64,000 bases of DNA, taken from NCBI GenBank assembly GCA_963997635.1, contig CAXEND010000013.1, forward strand, positions 1,279 through 65,278. The letters are read 5' to 3'. Made by a program: the position numbers and the translations under genes. This document shows, piece by piece, positions 61,765-64,000 of the stretch (position 1 is the first letter of the stretch; every line of letters starts with the position of its first letter). The notes under the pieces are model-generated. The model saw only the letters and a program-made list of their open reading frames with translations, was not told the origin of the DNA and searched no databases. The stretch is from an uncultured Rhodospirillaceae bacterium. GTDB lineage: Bacteria > Pseudomonadota > Alphaproteobacteria > UBA828.

Positions 61765-62985
61765 TTAGTTTTGTATTTTCCACTTCCAAAAATCTTGTCC
61801 TTCATTCATATAAATTTTTGAAAGAACCATTTTATGCACCTCAGAAGCTCCATCTACTAATTTAGCCTGCCTTGCATATCTATACATCCATTCAAGTAAA
61901 GTATCTTTTGAATATCCTTTTGCTCCACAGAGCTGAATACAGGTATCAATAACAGAGTTCAAAGTTTCAGCTACTTGAACCTTTGCCATGGATATTTCCT
62001 TTCTTGCTTTATCATTCTGGTCTAGTTTCCAAGCAGCATACATAGTTGTTAATTTGCTTACATGAATATTCATTGCTGCTTCCCCTAGCATCCATTGAAC
62101 TCCTTCATGTTCAGATAAAGATGTACCAAAGGATTTCCTCTCTCTAACATATTCAGCAGCAATATCCATTGCACGGCGAGACATTCCAATCCAACGCATA
62201 CAATGTGTGAGCCTTGCAGGCCCCAATCTGATTTGTGTTGCCTTTAGGCCATCACCAATTGCCATCAATACATCTTCTTCTGATACTTCCAAACCACTAA
62301 ATTCCAGCTCACAATGTCCACCGTGCTCTTCGGGGCCCATAATGGGTATTCTACGAGAAATACGCCAGCCTGGCTGATCTTTATCAAATAAAAAACAACT
62401 CAAACCTTTTCTTGCATCATCTGAAGTCCTTGCAATAACCATAAAGTGTTGAGCTGCACCAGCACCTGTAATAAACCATTTTTTTCCAGTAATTATCCAT
62501 TTTTTTCCAGACTTCTCTGCCTTAGTAAGCATCATACCTGCTGGGTCAGAGCCAGCACCTGGATGTGGTTCGGTCATAACAAAGGAAGAATTAACAGCCC
62601 CATCAACAATCGGTTGCAACCAACGTTTTTTTTGGTAATCGGTCCCGACCATAGAGAGTAACCTCATATTACCATCATCTGGAGCCGCACAATTTAAAGC
62701 AAGAGCTCCAAATATTGAGTATGCTGCCTCCTCATAAATAACAGCCTGACCTGTCATTGAGAGACCCATACCACCAAACTCTTTAGGAATTTGAGGAGCC
62801 CACAAGCCTACTTTCTGTGCTTGTTTACGTATACCTGATAATATTTCTGGACGAATATTCTCATGTTCATCATAGTTATCAGGGTTTGCCTCAAGTGGAA
62901 TACATTCACTTCGAATAAATTCGGCTACCCGGTCTCTTAAATCTGCGATTTCGGGTTTAAGAGTAAAATCTACTGCTGAGATCAT
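61765..62985 (-). CDS. acyl-CoA dehydrogenase
   Basis: ACAD N-terminal, middle and C-terminal domains (catalytic Glu context near YRYARQAKLVDGASEV). 406 aa. Confidence 0.85.
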   Translation of the reverse strand: MISAVDFTLKPEIADLRDRVAEFIRSECIPLEANPDNYDEHENIRPEILSGIRKQAQKVGLWAPQIPKEFGGMGLSMTGQAVIYEEAAYSIFGALALNCAAPDDGNMRLLSMVGTDYQKKRWLQPIVDGAVNSSFVMTEPHPGAGSDPAGMMLTKAEKSGKKWIITGKKWFITGAGAAQHFMVIARTSDDARKGLSCFLFDKDQPGWRISRRIPIMGPEEHGGHCELEFSGLEVSEEDVLMAIGDGLKATQIRLGPARLTHCMRWIGMSRRAMDIAAEYVRERKSFGTSLSEHEGVQWMLGEAAMNIHVSKLTTMYAAWKLDQNDKARKEISMAKVQVAETLNSVIDTCIQLCGAKGYSKDTLLEWMYRYARQAKLVDGASEVHKMVLSKIYMNEGQDFWKWKIQN

Positions 62986-63145
62986 TTGATTTTAATATCT
63001 CCTTTTCGATAGAAAATTATATATCAGTTAATGAATAATTTAGATAAACATTAAAACTTTCAACACTGACTAACCAGAAATTTAAATTTATAATTAATGA
63101 ATTATGCTTAAATAAGATTATATATATAAATCTGGAAAAATAGAT

Positions 63146-63793
63146 ATGTTAAAACATGTAGATATAATCTCAGACCCAATTTGTCCGTGGTGTTATATTG
63201 GCAAAAAACGTTTTGAAAAGGCACTCAAGAAACAAAATAATCACGGTGCGATTACCATTCACTGGCAACCATTCCAACTAAATCCATGGATACCAGAAAA
63301 TGGCATTAAACGTAAAGAATACTTAATCAAAAAATTTGGATCTATTGAGAGATATTCAATGGTCTATAAAGAGATCTTAAACGCGGGATTAAATGAAGGG
63401 ATAAATTTTGATTTTGAGAAAATTCATATAACTCCTAATACAACTCAAGCCCACCGTCTTATTCGTTGGTCTCGCCCGCTGGGAATACAAAATCAAATTA
63501 TCGAGGATTTATTTGATGCATTTTTTCATAAAGGAGAAAACATTGGCGATAAAGAAATTCTTTTAAAAATAGGATTGAAGCATGATGCTAAAAATTCTCT
63601 CACCCAAGAATTCTTTGAAAACAATGAATATAGAGATGAAGTCATATCAGACTTCAATAGTGCAAAAGAATTGGGAGTATCTGGAGTCCCTTTTTTTATA
63701 ATAAACAAAAAATATTCTATATTTGGGGCACAAAGTTCTGAAACTTTTCTTGAAGCATTCGATCGTTTAAATGATATTACTATTAGAAAATAA
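63146..63793 (+). CDS. DsbA-family thiol-disulfide oxidoreductase (FrnE / 2-hydroxychromene-2-carboxylate isomerase-like)
   Basis: Thioredoxin fold with a CPWC active site near the N-terminus (DPICPWCYIGKKRFE). 215 aa. Confidence 0.8.
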   Translation: MLKHVDIISDPICPWCYIGKKRFEKALKKQNNHGAITIHWQPFQLNPWIPENGIKRKEYLIKKFGSIERYSMVYKEILNAGLNEGINFDFEKIHITPNTTQAHRLIRWSRPLGIQNQIIEDLFDAFFHKGENIGDKEILLKIGLKHDAKNSLTQEFFENNEYRDEVISDFNSAKELGVSGVPFFIINKKYSIFGAQSSETFLEAFDRLNDITIRK

Positions 63794-63837
63794 TTATTGT
63801 GGTTACTAATATTGCTTCTAGATAAAGTGAATTTTTA

Positions 63838-64000
63838 ATCTTAATTATCAAAATCAGGCTCTAAGCCACCCTCCTCAAAAACTGAAAATATATTTCTTAA
63901 GAATCCAGGTGTAAGAGCTGCAAGTGGATTTACTATTATTGTTGGTGCATCCAAAGACCCTCTTATTGTGTATGTAGCAGCAAATAGGCCTTCTCCCTTA
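63838..64000 (-). CDS. 3' end of an unidentified CDS running off the window
   Basis: The minus-strand frame is open to the window edge and ends ...GSLDAPTIIVNPLAALTPGFLRNIFSVFEEGGLEPDFDN*. The family is not recognisable from this fragment. Confidence 0.4.

Noticed and set aside
61294-63793. Genomic island inserted at tRNA-Ser
   Set aside because: No integrase, no phage or transposon genes, and no obvious direct repeat of the tRNA 3' end within the window. The flanking genes are ordinary lipid and redox housekeeping types.

Overview
The window reads as a contiguous, gene-dense (about 93% coding) chromosomal core region of an AT-rich, streamlined alphaproteobacterium. Gene order matches conserved alphaproteobacterial blocks. 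On the + strand: pyrH-frr-uppS-cdsA-rseP-bamA-skp-lpxD-fabZ-lpxA-lpxI-lpxB-gloA. On the - strand: gltA, gltX, lexA, then moeA-moaC-trpC-trpD-trpG, a two-gene + strand insert (methyltransferase + YibQ-like deacetylase), then trpE and a ppiD/SurA-like gene. On the + strand again: tpiA-secG-pyrG-kdsA-eno-ftsB-pdhA-pdhB-pdhC-lpdA-lipA-SRPBCC. Then cinA-pgpA-ispDF on the - strand, followed by a standalone Fis-like gene and ntrY-ntrX-trkA-dat-HAD-hfq-hflX-groES-groEL on the +. The - strand block mazG-MBL-tatD-metG-holB-tmk-dacC-rlpA-mltB-2-hydroxyacid dehydrogenase follows. The window ends with a + strand tRNA-Ser(UGA), a thioesterase and an acyl-CoA dehydrogenase on the -, and a DsbA-like gene on the +. 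I see no CRISPR array, IS element, integrase, phage gene or recognisable defence island. The regulatory sites I can read directly are an alphaproteobacterial LexA box upstream of lexA, a CIRCE/HrcA operator with a sigma32-like promoter upstream of groESL, and a likely promoter for the tRNA. I found no novel multi-gene system. The features most worth a second look are: a full-length Fis-like protein sitting exactly where dusB-ntrB-ntrC normally precede ntrYX; an NtrX with a degenerate GAFTGA sigma54-contact loop; an hflX whose roughly 150-codon N-terminal domain has no ATG/GTG/TTG start; a divergent GroEL with an acidic tail instead of the GGM tail; a methyltransferase + YibQ insert that splits trpE from trpGDC; tandem direct repeats in the cdsA-rseP spacer where dxr usually sits; and a long-loop inverted repeat upstream of tpiA.
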